Origin: a virus | Strand: one strand, 5' to 3' | IMG/VR virus record: IMGVR_UViG_3300037608_000032 | Location: 11,043 to 75,042 of that record | Length of the DNA: 64,000 bases | Part shown: piece by piece, positions 1-9,333 of the stretch | Position numbering within the stretch: the stretch's first letter is position 1 | How the letters are laid out: each line of letters starts with the position of its first letter | Notes under the pieces: generated by a model | What the model was told of the DNA's origin: nothing | Seen by the model: the letters and a program-made list of their open reading frames with translations, nothing else | The model's database searches: none | Made by a program: the position numbers and the translations under genes

Positions 1-1293
1 CAGCTTGAGGCGCATGCCGAGATCGCCAAGCGGGTGCAGGGGTATGTGGTCCTGCCCTGCGGCGGGGGCAAGACCACGCTCGGTTCAACAAGTGTCTTGC
101 ACCTGAATCAATCTTCTCTGGTGCTCGTTGGGAGCGTTGACCTGCTTGACCAGTGGGACGGGGCCCTGATTCGAGGCAGCGCCGGGAAGGTGAGACCGAG
201 GCTGATCGGGGGCGGGAGCCGGGTGGACCTGCGACCCTTGAGGCCGGGTGAGGTGGCCGTGGCTACGGTGCAGAGTCTCTACGACCGGCCCGACATCCAG
301 CCGTTCCTGGACTCGGTGGCCATTCTGCTTGGAGACGAGATCCACCATGTCCCGTGCAGGCAGTTCCGCTACGTCGTAGACCGGTGCGCTGCCAGGTGGC
401 GGCTCGGGCTCTCCGCAACGCCGGACCGGTCGGACGGGTGGGGCTTCCTGCTTCGGGTCTTGCTCGGTCCGATGCTTTTCAGGAGGACTTCGCGTGAGCT
501 CGTAGACCTCGGGTTCCTCCAGTGCCCGACGATCATCCCGGTCCGATCCGAGTGGGGGCCAGGGCCTGCCGAGTATCGCTGGCGGTTGACGTGCTCGGAG
601 TGCGGGTTCAAGGGGGAACACCCGTGGGGACCGTGGCAGCGAGGAGAAGCCCAGTGCCAAGGCAAGCGCCGGGTGACCGGTCCGCGCGGAGGGGTCAAGT
701 TGGAAAGATGCTCGCACCTGTTGGAAATTGACTGCGAGGCCAGGCAAGGTGACCTCGACTGGGGCAAGACCTCCACGGCGCTGTTCACTGACGGTAGTCG
801 TCAGCACCTGTTGGCGACTTTGGCACGGGCTGCGGTGGGGACCGGGCGAAGGGTCTTGATGCTCGTCGGGCGCAAGGCCGGGCTCGAAGACATCGCCGGA
901 AAGACGGGACAGGGAGGCGTGCGAGTCGCGGCCGTATCTTCGAAGACATCTGCCAGAGACGAGCGGATCGGGGCCTTTCGGGCGGGCAAACTGGACGTGC
1001 TGATCGCTACGTCGCTGGCTGACGAAGGGCTGGACGTTCCCGAGCTGGACTGCGTGGTGCTCGGTCAACCCGGAAAGGACCCAGGGAAGGCCCGCCAGCG
1101 GTCCGGTCGGACTACCAGACCCCAGGGCAAGCCCGCGGTGGTCTTCGACGTAGTGGACCGGGGTGACACGATGTCCCGCCACTGGTCAGCGCGGAAGAAG
1201 GCCTACGTCGAAGAGTACGGGGAGCGGTGCTTGGGAGCGCCAAGGCCGGTGTCGGTTGACGAAGCCGTGGCCATCATGCGCCGGCTCGGGTGA
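1..1293 (+). CDS. SF2 (DEAD/DEAH-like, XPB/UvsW-type) helicase with Zn-ribbon insert; 5' truncated
   Basis: Walker A LPCGGGKT, DEIHH, GLSATPDR, EGLDVPELD, QRSGRTTR; CSECG insert; frame open from base 1. Confidence 0.9.
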   Translation, partial: QLEAHAEIAKRVQGYVVLPCGGGKTTLGSTSVLHLNQSSLVLVGSVDLLDQWDGALIRGSAGKVRPRLIGGGSRVDLRPLRPGEVAVATVQSLYDRPDIQPFLDSVAILLGDEIHHVPCRQFRYVVDRCAARWRLGLSATPDRSDGWGFLLRVLLGPMLFRRTSRELVDLGFLQCPTIIPVRSEWGPGPAEYRWRLTCSECGFKGEHPWGPWQRGEAQCQGKRRVTGPRGGVKLERCSHLLEIDCEARQGDLDWGKTSTALFTDGSRQHLLATLARAAVGTGRRVLMLVGRKAGLEDIAGKTGQGGVRVAAVSSKTSARDERIGAFRAGKLDVLIATSLADEGLDVPELDCVVLGQPGKDPGKARQRSGRTTRPQGKPAVVFDVVDRGDTMSRHWSARKKAYVEEYGERCLGAPRPVSVDEAVAIMRRLG

Positions 1294-1418
1294 CTTCGAA
1301 GTCCTGGCTACTACCTGATCGAACCCCAGCAAGGAGACCAGCCACGAAGCACACCGGGGGAGCGTGTCTACCTCAACTCAGCGCTCTCCCGAACTTCGTG
1401 CGGTACTCGGAGGACAGC

Positions 1419-2933
1419 ATGTTTTCAGGCCACGTCAAGACGATCATCGACCGCTACCCGATGGCAGCGGGCCTGCCAGACAACGGCAAGTTCATCGCCA
1501 TCTCGAACAGCGACGTCGGCAAGCTGGCGTGCGAGCGCCGGTTTCTGCTCTCGCAGATCGAGGCCCTCAAGGCCCCGTCCACGGGCCCGATGGACCTGGG
1601 GACCGCGTGGCATGAGGTCTCGGAAGATTGCTTCAGGTGGTGGGCACTTCAAGACACCGGCTACCCTGACGAGGGGCTGGATCGGTGCCCGTTCTGCCGT
1701 GGGTCTGGGGTGGTAGACGAGGCCACGGGGATCTGGCAGGGAAAGGAGCTTTCATGTGCGAGGTGTTTGCGCTGCAACGGCTCCGGGAAGTCGGCCTTGT
1801 CCATGGCGATGGTTCCCTACCGTGCCAAGGTCGAGACCATGGAGATCTCTTCCGGCGATGCGGACCTTGTAGAGGAGACCTTGCGCCGGATGCTCCAGGG
1901 CTACCTCAAGCGGTGGGAGTCGGGGCCGCTGGACTCCATCAAGATCCTCGGTGTCGAGATGTCCTTGTCGAGGGCCATCGTCAACCCGAAGACCGGGCTG
2001 GTCTTCAAGCCAGAAGTCACGCTCGAACAGAACGAGGACGGCTTCTGGGTCCTGACCGGGCCGGGATCGACTGCCAAGGCAGACCGAGGGGAAGGGTCGG
2101 TCCGTCGGGTGCGCTGGCCCTGGTATCAGGTGGGCTACTTGGACGTGCTCGGGTGCGACCGCGTGACGAAGCTCGGGTGGGTCATTGACATCAAGGGGTC
2201 TGGCCAGCCGAGTCGGTATCCAAAGGGGATGGGCGTGGACCCGCAGCTTCCGGGGTACTGCTGGCTTCTGGAGGGGCACCTGCAGGATCTCGGGTGCTCC
2301 GGTATCGCCGGGTTCATGTACGACGTCAGCAACACGAAGTACCAGCCGGACCCGCACGAACTCAAGTGGATCCCGCCGAAGATGGACGACCTCAAGGCGA
2401 TGGTCGAAGCCAAGGGCATCAAGGTCACGGGCCGCAAGTCTGAGGACTACTGCCAGGCGCTCGGTATCGTACCGGGACACGGCGGGTTCTCGGTGGCCAT
2501 GAATTCCGGCGTGCCTTCGTGGAGGTACGAATGGGCCATCAAGGCGGCTGGCGTGGACCGGGCCCCCTACGAGGAGCACCTTCAGTACCTCGCTGAGACG
2601 GTGGACCCCGGGCTCTACTCGCGTCCGTGGATGAGGTACGGGGAGAGCCATCGCCAGAGGTACGGGCGCGAGATCTACGCCAAGGCGGTCAGGATGCACC
2701 TGCTCCGCAAGGCGGCGGCAGGGTGTGATGACGCCGAAGGGCTGGACGTGCTCTTCCCACGGACGCCGGTTTGCACAGTGCCGGGAAGTGGGTGCGGGTA
2801 TTCGGACCTCTGCGCGGCCGAAGACTGCCCTCGGACGGGCTACTACGTGACCCCGACCCAGCGGTGGGCGGAAGAATCCGACCGGCAGTCTGCCGACGGG
2901 GAGCAGCAACAACAGACTGAGCTTGGATGGTGA
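1419..2933 (+). CDS. PD-(D/E)XK Cas4/RecB-like exonuclease
   Basis: GTAWHE, GVE, LDVL...IDIKGS, QLPGYC; Cys in LACER plus C-terminal CxxxxxxCxYxxxC; ATG 1419 after GGAGGA (GTG 1290 alternative). Confidence 0.8.
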   Translation: MFSGHVKTIIDRYPMAAGLPDNGKFIAISNSDVGKLACERRFLLSQIEALKAPSTGPMDLGTAWHEVSEDCFRWWALQDTGYPDEGLDRCPFCRGSGVVDEATGIWQGKELSCARCLRCNGSGKSALSMAMVPYRAKVETMEISSGDADLVEETLRRMLQGYLKRWESGPLDSIKILGVEMSLSRAIVNPKTGLVFKPEVTLEQNEDGFWVLTGPGSTAKADRGEGSVRRVRWPWYQVGYLDVLGCDRVTKLGWVIDIKGSGQPSRYPKGMGVDPQLPGYCWLLEGHLQDLGCSGIAGFMYDVSNTKYQPDPHELKWIPPKMDDLKAMVEAKGIKVTGRKSEDYCQALGIVPGHGGFSVAMNSGVPSWRYEWAIKAAGVDRAPYEEHLQYLAETVDPGLYSRPWMRYGESHRQRYGREIYAKAVRMHLLRKAAAGCDDAEGLDVLFPRTPVCTVPGSGCGYSDLCAAEDCPRTGYYVTPTQRWAEESDRQSADGEQQQQTELGW

Positions 2934-4213
2934 CCATGGGCGAAGAGACTACGACTGCGACCCCGGCAACGGGGCGAAGGATCAACCGAGGAAAGGCGGC
3001 GACCCCGCCAGCGACGACCGAGACGAAGGTGGCGGAAGACCCGAAGACGGAGACGACGGCGACGACCCCGAAGCCTGACGAGGTGGTCACGAAGACCCCA
3101 GAGCCGGAGAAGTCCGAACAGGTGCAGCCCACTTCCGGCGATGCGGGACCGAAGACGGAGCCGAAGTCCGAACAGGTGCAAGCACCTTGTGGGGGCGTGG
3201 TCCCCTCGACTCCGGCTATCGAGCCTTCGACAACCGACGCGCTGGATGGCATCACGGGCTTGTCGTTCTCCCGAGCGGGAGACGTGGACACGAGCGACAT
3301 GAGCTACATGATCCTGGTCTACGGTGACTCCGGAGCTGGCAAGACGCACCTTGCGTCCTCGTGCGACGACGTGATCGTGGCGTTGCTCGAACCCCAAGGT
3401 TTCGCGACGGTCCGGACAGCTAACCCCAGCGCCATCGTGGCCGGGGACGCCGACGTGTCGATCAAGGGCAAGCCCCGGTGGCTGAAGAGCATGCAGCAGG
3501 TGCGAGATTTTTTCCAAGCGGCTGCGTCGGGTCGGTTTCTCAAGGCCGGGATCAAGACCATCGTGCTCGACTCGGCGACCGAGCTTCAGCAGATGTTCAT
3601 TGACGAGATCGTGGCCGAGAAAAAGCGCAAGGTCCAGCCGACAGCGCAGCCCGTGGCAGGCCGGACGGTCGGGCAGAAGGCGGCTCCCGCTCCAGCAGCG
3701 CCGGAGCAGGTGAAGGGGCCAGCGCCGGAGATGACGAAGCAGGACTGGGGGACGCTCGCCGTGAAGTGGCGCAATTTCATGAGGATGCTCCGAGGCCTGC
3801 CCTACAACGTCGTGGTGCTGGCCTTGTCGGAGCCGACGCAGGACGAGTCCACAGGGCGGCGGCTCATGTTCCCCAAGCTCTCCGGGTCTGCCCAGGCGGC
3901 CCTGCCGGCCTACTTCAACATCTGCACCTACCTCTACAAGGCGACGGTGGACGGGGAGGTGGTGCGGCTTTGCCTCGTAGACGGAGACGACCGGTTCTAC
4001 ACCAAGTCCTTCGGGCCCATCAAGGGCATCGTGTCGGCCGACCTTCGCGAGTGGTTCGCGGCGCTCGCGGGCGCGGAAGCGGATCTCCATGTCGAGGGCG
4101 CAAGACCTCCCGGCGCGTCGGGCTCGGGTGGCAGGACCATCGCCAGGGGCGGGACGGCGCAAGAGTCGCCTGCACCTGCGGAGACTTCGGACGCGACGGA
4201 TACCAGCTACTAA
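2927..4213 (+). CDS. AAA_24 / Sak4-like recombination ATPase
   Basis: YGDSGAGKT, TIVLDSATEL, QDWG motif; located between exonuclease and SSB. Confidence 0.85.
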   Translation: MVTMGEETTTATPATGRRINRGKAATPPATTETKVAEDPKTETTATTPKPDEVVTKTPEPEKSEQVQPTSGDAGPKTEPKSEQVQAPCGGVVPSTPAIEPSTTDALDGITGLSFSRAGDVDTSDMSYMILVYGDSGAGKTHLASSCDDVIVALLEPQGFATVRTANPSAIVAGDADVSIKGKPRWLKSMQQVRDFFQAAASGRFLKAGIKTIVLDSATELQQMFIDEIVAEKKRKVQPTAQPVAGRTVGQKAAPAPAAPEQVKGPAPEMTKQDWGTLAVKWRNFMRMLRGLPYNVVVLALSEPTQDESTGRRLMFPKLSGSAQAALPAYFNICTYLYKATVDGEVVRLCLVDGDDRFYTKSFGPIKGIVSADLREWFAALAGAEADLHVEGARPPGASGSGGRTIARGGTAQESPAPAETSDATDTSY

Positions 4214-4225
4214 GACTTTCACGGG

Positions 4226-4256
4226 GCCTCGGTCCGGCTGGGTGACCGGGGCTTTT
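4226..4256 (+). terminator. possible intrinsic terminator
   Basis: gcctcggtc...gaccggggc followed by tttt just after the stop. Confidence 0.4.
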
Positions 4257-4304
4257 CATCGTACCCAGCAGCACGAGACATGCACGAGACACAAGGAGTG
4301 TGAA

Positions 4305-4916
4305 ATGATCGATCCGAAAGCGCGTGCCAAAGAGCGCAAGGACAAGGGGTATTCTGACGACGGGCCGTCAACGTCGTTTCTCCGGGCGACCGGCAAGTTC
4401 ACCATGGCGGGATGCGGATTCGAGCGGTTCAACTCGTCCGCCAAGGGGACCCCGGGCATCATGATCCGGCTGGTCGTGGTCGAAGGGGACCACGCGGGGG
4501 ACGTGCTGGACCGGGACTTCTGGCTGACCCAGAACGCTTTGTTCCAACTCGCCGATTTCGCTCTGGCGTTCGGCTTCGAGGAGCCGTTCGACGAGAAGTC
4601 CGACGACGACATCGAGAAGATCATGACCAGCGGACTCGGAGTCGTGGTGGTGAAGGTCCAGGCCGAAGGGTACGCGAAGAACGACGGCAGCGCCGGGACC
4701 AAGTACAACGCTGCATTCTTTTCGCCGTACAAGGGAGCAGCCAAGGACTCCTGGCAGGAGCACATTCAGGCCGGGGAGAAGTCCTTCAACGGCTATCTCA
4801 AGTGGCGCACGAACAATCCGAGGGCCACACCGGGGCAGGCTCGACAGCAGCCGAGGCAGCAGCGGCCGGCTGAGGACGCGAGCGAGTACGACGACGGGAA
4901 CGGGATACCCTTCTAG
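4305..4916 (+). CDS. single-stranded DNA-binding protein (DUF669-like)
   Basis: AAGGAG RBS, SAKGTPGI, acidic tail ending DDGNGIPF. Confidence 0.8.
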   Translation: MIDPKARAKERKDKGYSDDGPSTSFLRATGKFTMAGCGFERFNSSAKGTPGIMIRLVVVEGDHAGDVLDRDFWLTQNALFQLADFALAFGFEEPFDEKSDDDIEKIMTSGLGVVVVKVQAEGYAKNDGSAGTKYNAAFFSPYKGAAKDSWQEHIQAGEKSFNGYLKWRTNNPRATPGQARQQPRQQRPAEDASEYDDGNGIPF

Positions 4917-4918
4917 CC

Positions 4919-5536
4919 GTGACCTTTCCATGGCTGGGCATTGACCCAGGACGGGCCGGGGCCGCGTTGCTTCTTTCGGAGCACCGACGGCCCCTTGTTT
5001 TGTACGTCTGGCGAGACCGTCAGCAGTTCAGCCGAGACGTGTACGAGGTAGCCGTGGTCACGGACGAGCACCAGCGCCGGGAAGTGGTCCAAGACCTCCA
5101 CGGGGTTGGACTGCTTCTGGAGTCGTCGGTAGCCAGGGTCCTGGAGACTCCTACATGGGGCATCGCCGTGGAGGCTCCATACGTCGGCCGGTCTGCGAAG
5201 ACGAGCCTGATCGTGGCCTACCAGACCGGGCTGATTCTCGGGCCGTTGGAAAGTCGTTGCAGGTGTAAGCAAGTTTCTCCGGGGGCTTCGACTTGGCGGG
5301 CGCGGTTACTGGGCTTGCCCCGCCAGACGAAGCGTGAGGAAGCGAAGAAGGCCAGTCTGTTGATGATGCCCCGTCGGCTCCCTGGACTGGAGGAACTACT
5401 ACAACGGATGTCAGGGCTCTTGGGCGTTGCGCGAGAGGACCTGGACCACGTTACGGACGCAGCGGGGATCGCCGAATACGGGTACTTGTTCGGAACCCCG
5501 AAGGAGACGATGGGGCATGGCCGGAGAACTCGATAG
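4919..5536 (+). CDS. RuvC-like Holliday junction resolvase
   Basis: LGIDPG, IAVEAP, DHVTDAAGIA acidic motifs. Confidence 0.75.
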   Translation: MTFPWLGIDPGRAGAALLLSEHRRPLVLYVWRDRQQFSRDVYEVAVVTDEHQRREVVQDLHGVGLLLESSVARVLETPTWGIAVEAPYVGRSAKTSLIVAYQTGLILGPLESRCRCKQVSPGASTWRARLLGLPRQTKREEAKKASLLMMPRRLPGLEELLQRMSGLLGVAREDLDHVTDAAGIAEYGYLFGTPKETMGHGRRTR

Positions 5537-5936
5537 ACTCATGAGTGACCAACAGGTGTTGGCAGTTTTCGAGGCATGGCGGCGACACCGACCGAACCCT
5601 GGCCGGGTGAAGCTGACCCCAGCGAGGGCCTCGGTCATTCGAGCGAGGCTCCGAGACCATCATTCGGTCGAAGAGCTCTCGCTCCTGGTTGGCGAGTACG
5701 CCCACGAAGCTGACACGAAAGAGGCGACGTGGTGGCGGGGAGACAACCCGGAGGGGACCGAGTACCTCGACATCATCAACCTGCTCCGGTCGTCGAAGAC
5801 CGCCGGGCGAGTCGAGAGGGCCTGGGAGTGGAAGCACGGACAGCAAGGGACTGGTGTCGAGCCCGACGTGGACCTTGGACCGATGGCTCTCTTTCGGGGA
5901 CCGCAAGCCACAGGGCGCGTCCTTCGCAGGGGGTAA
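5517..5936 (+). CDS. putative replication initiator/replisome organiser-like protein
   Basis: VFEAW...LTPAR...IRARL pattern; immediately upstream of primase-helicase. Confidence 0.5.
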   Translation: MAGELDRLMSDQQVLAVFEAWRRHRPNPGRVKLTPARASVIRARLRDHHSVEELSLLVGEYAHEADTKEATWWRGDNPEGTEYLDIINLLRSSKTAGRVERAWEWKHGQQGTGVEPDVDLGPMALFRGPQATGRVLRRG

Positions 5937-5938
5937 CC

Positions 5939-8182
5939 TTGGAATGGCTCCAATGCCTCAAGGCGTCCACCGTTCAAGATGTCGCCACGTCTCACCTCGG
6001 GCTCCGGTCCGGGAGACTTCGGACGCTCGGACCGTGCCCCGCGTGCGGAGCTGAGAAGCGCGGGGGTCAGGACTCGAGACTTCCTATCGGCATCGCCGGG
6101 GACGGTAGGGGCTGGCAGTGCCATGCGTGCGGCGTGCGCGGGGACGTTGTCGAGCTGGTCTGCCTGGCCGTGTGGAAGCGGTCCACGAAGGACATGACAT
6201 CGGACGAATGGGGGCAGCTCCGGGAGTGGGCTATCCAGCGAGGCCTCGTGACCCGAGACGAGGAACCTCGTCAGGGCAGGGGCGGGCGGAAAGCCTGGAC
6301 ACCTCCCCCGGCGATGTCAGCGCAGGCCCTACTGAATGGTGGCGGGCGACGGCTCCCGAGAAGCACGTCGGAAGCGAAGCACCGGACCGAAGACGAAGCC
6401 CCGCAAGAGTTGCCCGCACCTGCGGGGAGATTTTCATGGACGCCGACTCTGGTAGACGAGTGCGCGGTGGCCTTGTGGGGGGACTCGGTCCAGGCCAAGC
6501 AGGCCCGAGACTACCTCATGCTGGCCCGGTGTCTTAAGGAGACCGATATTCGAGAGTGGCGGCTTGGGGTCTACGTGGTCGATGGGGTGCCCGTGGTCAA
6601 CGGCGCGGGGAGGCCCTACATCACGACGCCGCTCCCAGACCAGACGGGCAAGGCGGTCAACGTCCGGTTCCGGTCGGTTCCCATCGTGGGAACGTGTCCA
6701 GACTGTTCGTCGGTGTTCGGCTGTCGGAAGTGCAAGGAGTACCGAGTCTGCACGGGTAGGCCGTTGCCCTTGTTCGGGTCTCACCGGATGGTCGCTGACA
6801 AGGGCGTGCCGGTGCTCGTGACCGAGGGCGAGTTCGACGTGATCGCCATGTCCTCCTACGGCTACCGGCAGAACGTCGTTAGCGGCACCGCCGGGGCCAA
6901 GACGATGAAGGAGGAGTGGTTAGACCAACTCGAACCCTACGAGACGATCTTCGGGCTCTATGACCAGGACGGGGACGGGGAAGAGGGCTGGAAGAAGCTG
7001 GTCGAAAAGATCGGGATCTACAAGTGCTCCCGCGTGGTGCTCCCGTGCAAGGACGCCAACGAGTGCCTCTGGGAGGGGATCGCGCAAGCCGAGATTCAGC
7101 GGGCCATCGACGCCGCGAAGCCTGAGCACGGGATGAATTTCAGGCGGGTGGACTCGTTCTCGGAGGAAGTAGAGCAGCTCATCGACCATCCGGAATTACT
7201 GCGTGGAGTGCCGACGGGTTCCAAGAAACTGGACACCTTGTTAGGGGGGTGGAGGCCAGGAGTAGAGGTCATTATGGGGGAGAGTGGGCATGGCAAAACT
7301 AGCTGGGGAACCTGGGTTATTCTCCAACAGGCCAAAGCCGGGAATCCGGTCCTGATCACGTCCTTCGAGCAACGTCCGATCGGCACGACCCAGAAGCTCC
7401 TGAGGATGCAGGTAGGTCGTGACTTCACGGCGGTCACGAAGGAAGACCGCCTGAACGCCATGCAGGCGCTCGGGGAGCTCCCCCTCTACATCCTGGACCA
7501 CTACGGCAACATCCCGCCGGAGCAGATGATCGAGGCCATCCGGTACTGTCGGAGACGACTCGGGATCCGGTTCTTCCTGATCGACCACCTTGGCTATCTC
7601 ATCGACGACGGAGCCGAAGACGAGCGGCGTGCCATCGGGGCGATGATGAAGGCGCTGGCCATGGTCTCAAAGATCATGGGCGTGGTGATCTTCCTGATCG
7701 TCCACCCACGGAACGACTCGGTGAGCGACGGGAAGCGCTGGCAGCCGATGAACTACACCCGCGCCAAGGGCTCGTCTTCGATTCGCCAGGAGTGCGACGA
7801 ATTCCTGATCGTGGACAGGGACTACCCGGACCGCATCAAGGGCCAGAAGGTCAAGCGACCGTGGCCACAGACTCGGGTGAGGACGGAGAAGATCCGGTCC
7901 GAGTTCGCCATCGGGGGCGGGGAGGTCGCGCTGGCCTTCGACCCTGGGTCCTGCTGCTACGCCGACGACTGGGCAGACACGCCGTCGGGCAAGCTCGGGT
8001 TGCTTGTGCCCCGGGCGGCCGGGTACAAGGACTCGGACGACGACGACCGGGAGAAAAAGCCCCGCACGTCTACGGGCAGGACCATCGCCAGAGGAAAGAA
8101 GCCCGCACCTGAAGACGAGTCGCAACAGCAGGCGCTCGAAGAAGCGGGTGGGGCGGGCGCTGACGAGGACCTCGGGTTCTGA
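5939..8182 (+). CDS. primase-helicase (Zn finger + TOPRIM + SF4 helicase, T7 gp4/Twinkle-like)
   Basis: CPAC...CHAC, VTEGEFD, YDQDGDG, KDANE, GESGHGKT, IDHL, LIVHPR, KGSSSI; TTG start inferred. Confidence 0.92.
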   Translation: MEWLQCLKASTVQDVATSHLGLRSGRLRTLGPCPACGAEKRGGQDSRLPIGIAGDGRGWQCHACGVRGDVVELVCLAVWKRSTKDMTSDEWGQLREWAIQRGLVTRDEEPRQGRGGRKAWTPPPAMSAQALLNGGGRRLPRSTSEAKHRTEDEAPQELPAPAGRFSWTPTLVDECAVALWGDSVQAKQARDYLMLARCLKETDIREWRLGVYVVDGVPVVNGAGRPYITTPLPDQTGKAVNVRFRSVPIVGTCPDCSSVFGCRKCKEYRVCTGRPLPLFGSHRMVADKGVPVLVTEGEFDVIAMSSYGYRQNVVSGTAGAKTMKEEWLDQLEPYETIFGLYDQDGDGEEGWKKLVEKIGIYKCSRVVLPCKDANECLWEGIAQAEIQRAIDAAKPEHGMNFRRVDSFSEEVEQLIDHPELLRGVPTGSKKLDTLLGGWRPGVEVIMGESGHGKTSWGTWVILQQAKAGNPVLITSFEQRPIGTTQKLLRMQVGRDFTAVTKEDRLNAMQALGELPLYILDHYGNIPPEQMIEAIRYCRRRLGIRFFLIDHLGYLIDDGAEDERRAIGAMMKALAMVSKIMGVVIFLIVHPRNDSVSDGKRWQPMNYTRAKGSSSIRQECDEFLIVDRDYPDRIKGQKVKRPWPQTRVRTEKIRSEFAIGGGEVALAFDPGSCCYADDWADTPSGKLGLLVPRAAGYKDSDDDDREKKPRTSTGRTIARGKKPAPEDESQQQALEEAGGAGADEDLGF

Positions 8183-8252
8183 CCCTGACGACGCCGAAGA
8201 GACAGGCTACTACCTCGCAGGCGTTACCATTTTCCATCACCAGGAGTTTCTC

Positions 8253-9200
8253 ATGCCAGTCATCGACCTCGACTTCAATGCCAGCAAGAATTCTGCCGAA
8301 GGGAAGGGGACCTTCAACCGATTCGGCGTCAAACGGGACGGCCGGGATGCGTCGGCTTTCGTCTACGACCTGTCCATCGTGTTCATGATCGCCAGTGTAG
8401 ACGAGGCTCGTATCGTGGCAGGGCTTTTCCCCGGCGCTGCGGAAGACTATGTCAGGGCGACGGAACGCGACAACTGGAAGCGTCAGTCTCGCATCACGCC
8501 CGAAATCACCGGGGCCCTGGCGTCGCTGTTCAATGCTGAGACGGGCGAGTCACTCATCGAGGGCGGGGCCGAAGTCAAGGCGGTAGTGCTGCGGGCCTCC
8601 AAGCGGGCGGTGGCCATGACCGTGCAGCTTCAGATGGCAGGTCAGACGGCAGCGATGGCGTCGAAGCTGGCCTACGACCTGGCCAACGTGGTTTCCCTCA
8701 AGGTCACCGGCAGTCAGCAGGTGCTCCCGCTGTTCGGCGACAAGCCCAAGCCGGTCCTGGTTTCCATGGGCGGCATCGCCGTAGGAACGGACGCCGAAGG
8801 GGACACGGTATGGGGCCGCGTGGTTGACCAGGACCTGGAGACGGGCCGGTGCAAGCTCGACACCTTCGAGGACGAGGTCTTCGTGGAGCACGATACAGTC
8901 AGCGCCTGTTGGCCGCTGCTCCCCGGCGATGTGACCGAGAAGGCCCTCAAGAAGTTCGTCACGGCGTGCAAGAAGTCGAAGGCGGCCCCCAGCTACCGCG
9001 CCATCACGCTGGCCGTCGGAGAGTCCTACGCGGCGCACCAGCCAGCGGAAGGTGAGTTCATCCTGTCCCGGGAGATCGTCGCCAGGGCCGTGGAGTTCGC
9101 GAAGGACCCGGAAGGCGCGGGGGTGCTCCCGCCCGAGGCTGACGAGACCGACCCCGGGAACGTCGTGGATTTCGGATCGGTGAAGGTCGCTCAGGCATAG
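8253..9200 (+). CDS. hypothetical protein
   Basis: CAGGAG RBS, followed by a terminator. Confidence 0.7.
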   Translation: MPVIDLDFNASKNSAEGKGTFNRFGVKRDGRDASAFVYDLSIVFMIASVDEARIVAGLFPGAAEDYVRATERDNWKRQSRITPEITGALASLFNAETGESLIEGGAEVKAVVLRASKRAVAMTVQLQMAGQTAAMASKLAYDLANVVSLKVTGSQQVLPLFGDKPKPVLVSMGGIAVGTDAEGDTVWGRVVDQDLETGRCKLDTFEDEVFVEHDTVSACWPLLPGDVTEKALKKFVTACKKSKAAPSYRAITLAVGESYAAHQPAEGEFILSREIVARAVEFAKDPEGAGVLPPEADETDPGNVVDFGSVKVAQA

Positions 9201-9227
9201 TATTGTCCGGTCCTCTGGACCACTCAC

Positions 9228-9265
9228 GAAGGGCGCGCCTAATGGTGGGTGCGCCCTTCATTTTT
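9228..9265 (+). terminator. intrinsic terminator
   Basis: gaagggcgcgcc...gggtgcgcccttc + attttt. Confidence 0.8.
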
Positions 9266-9333
9266 GGGGCGTTTCCGGTTTTGCGGAGAAAAAGCAGGAT
9301 GCGGCTACTGCTGCGAGAAAGGGAGCAACCACG

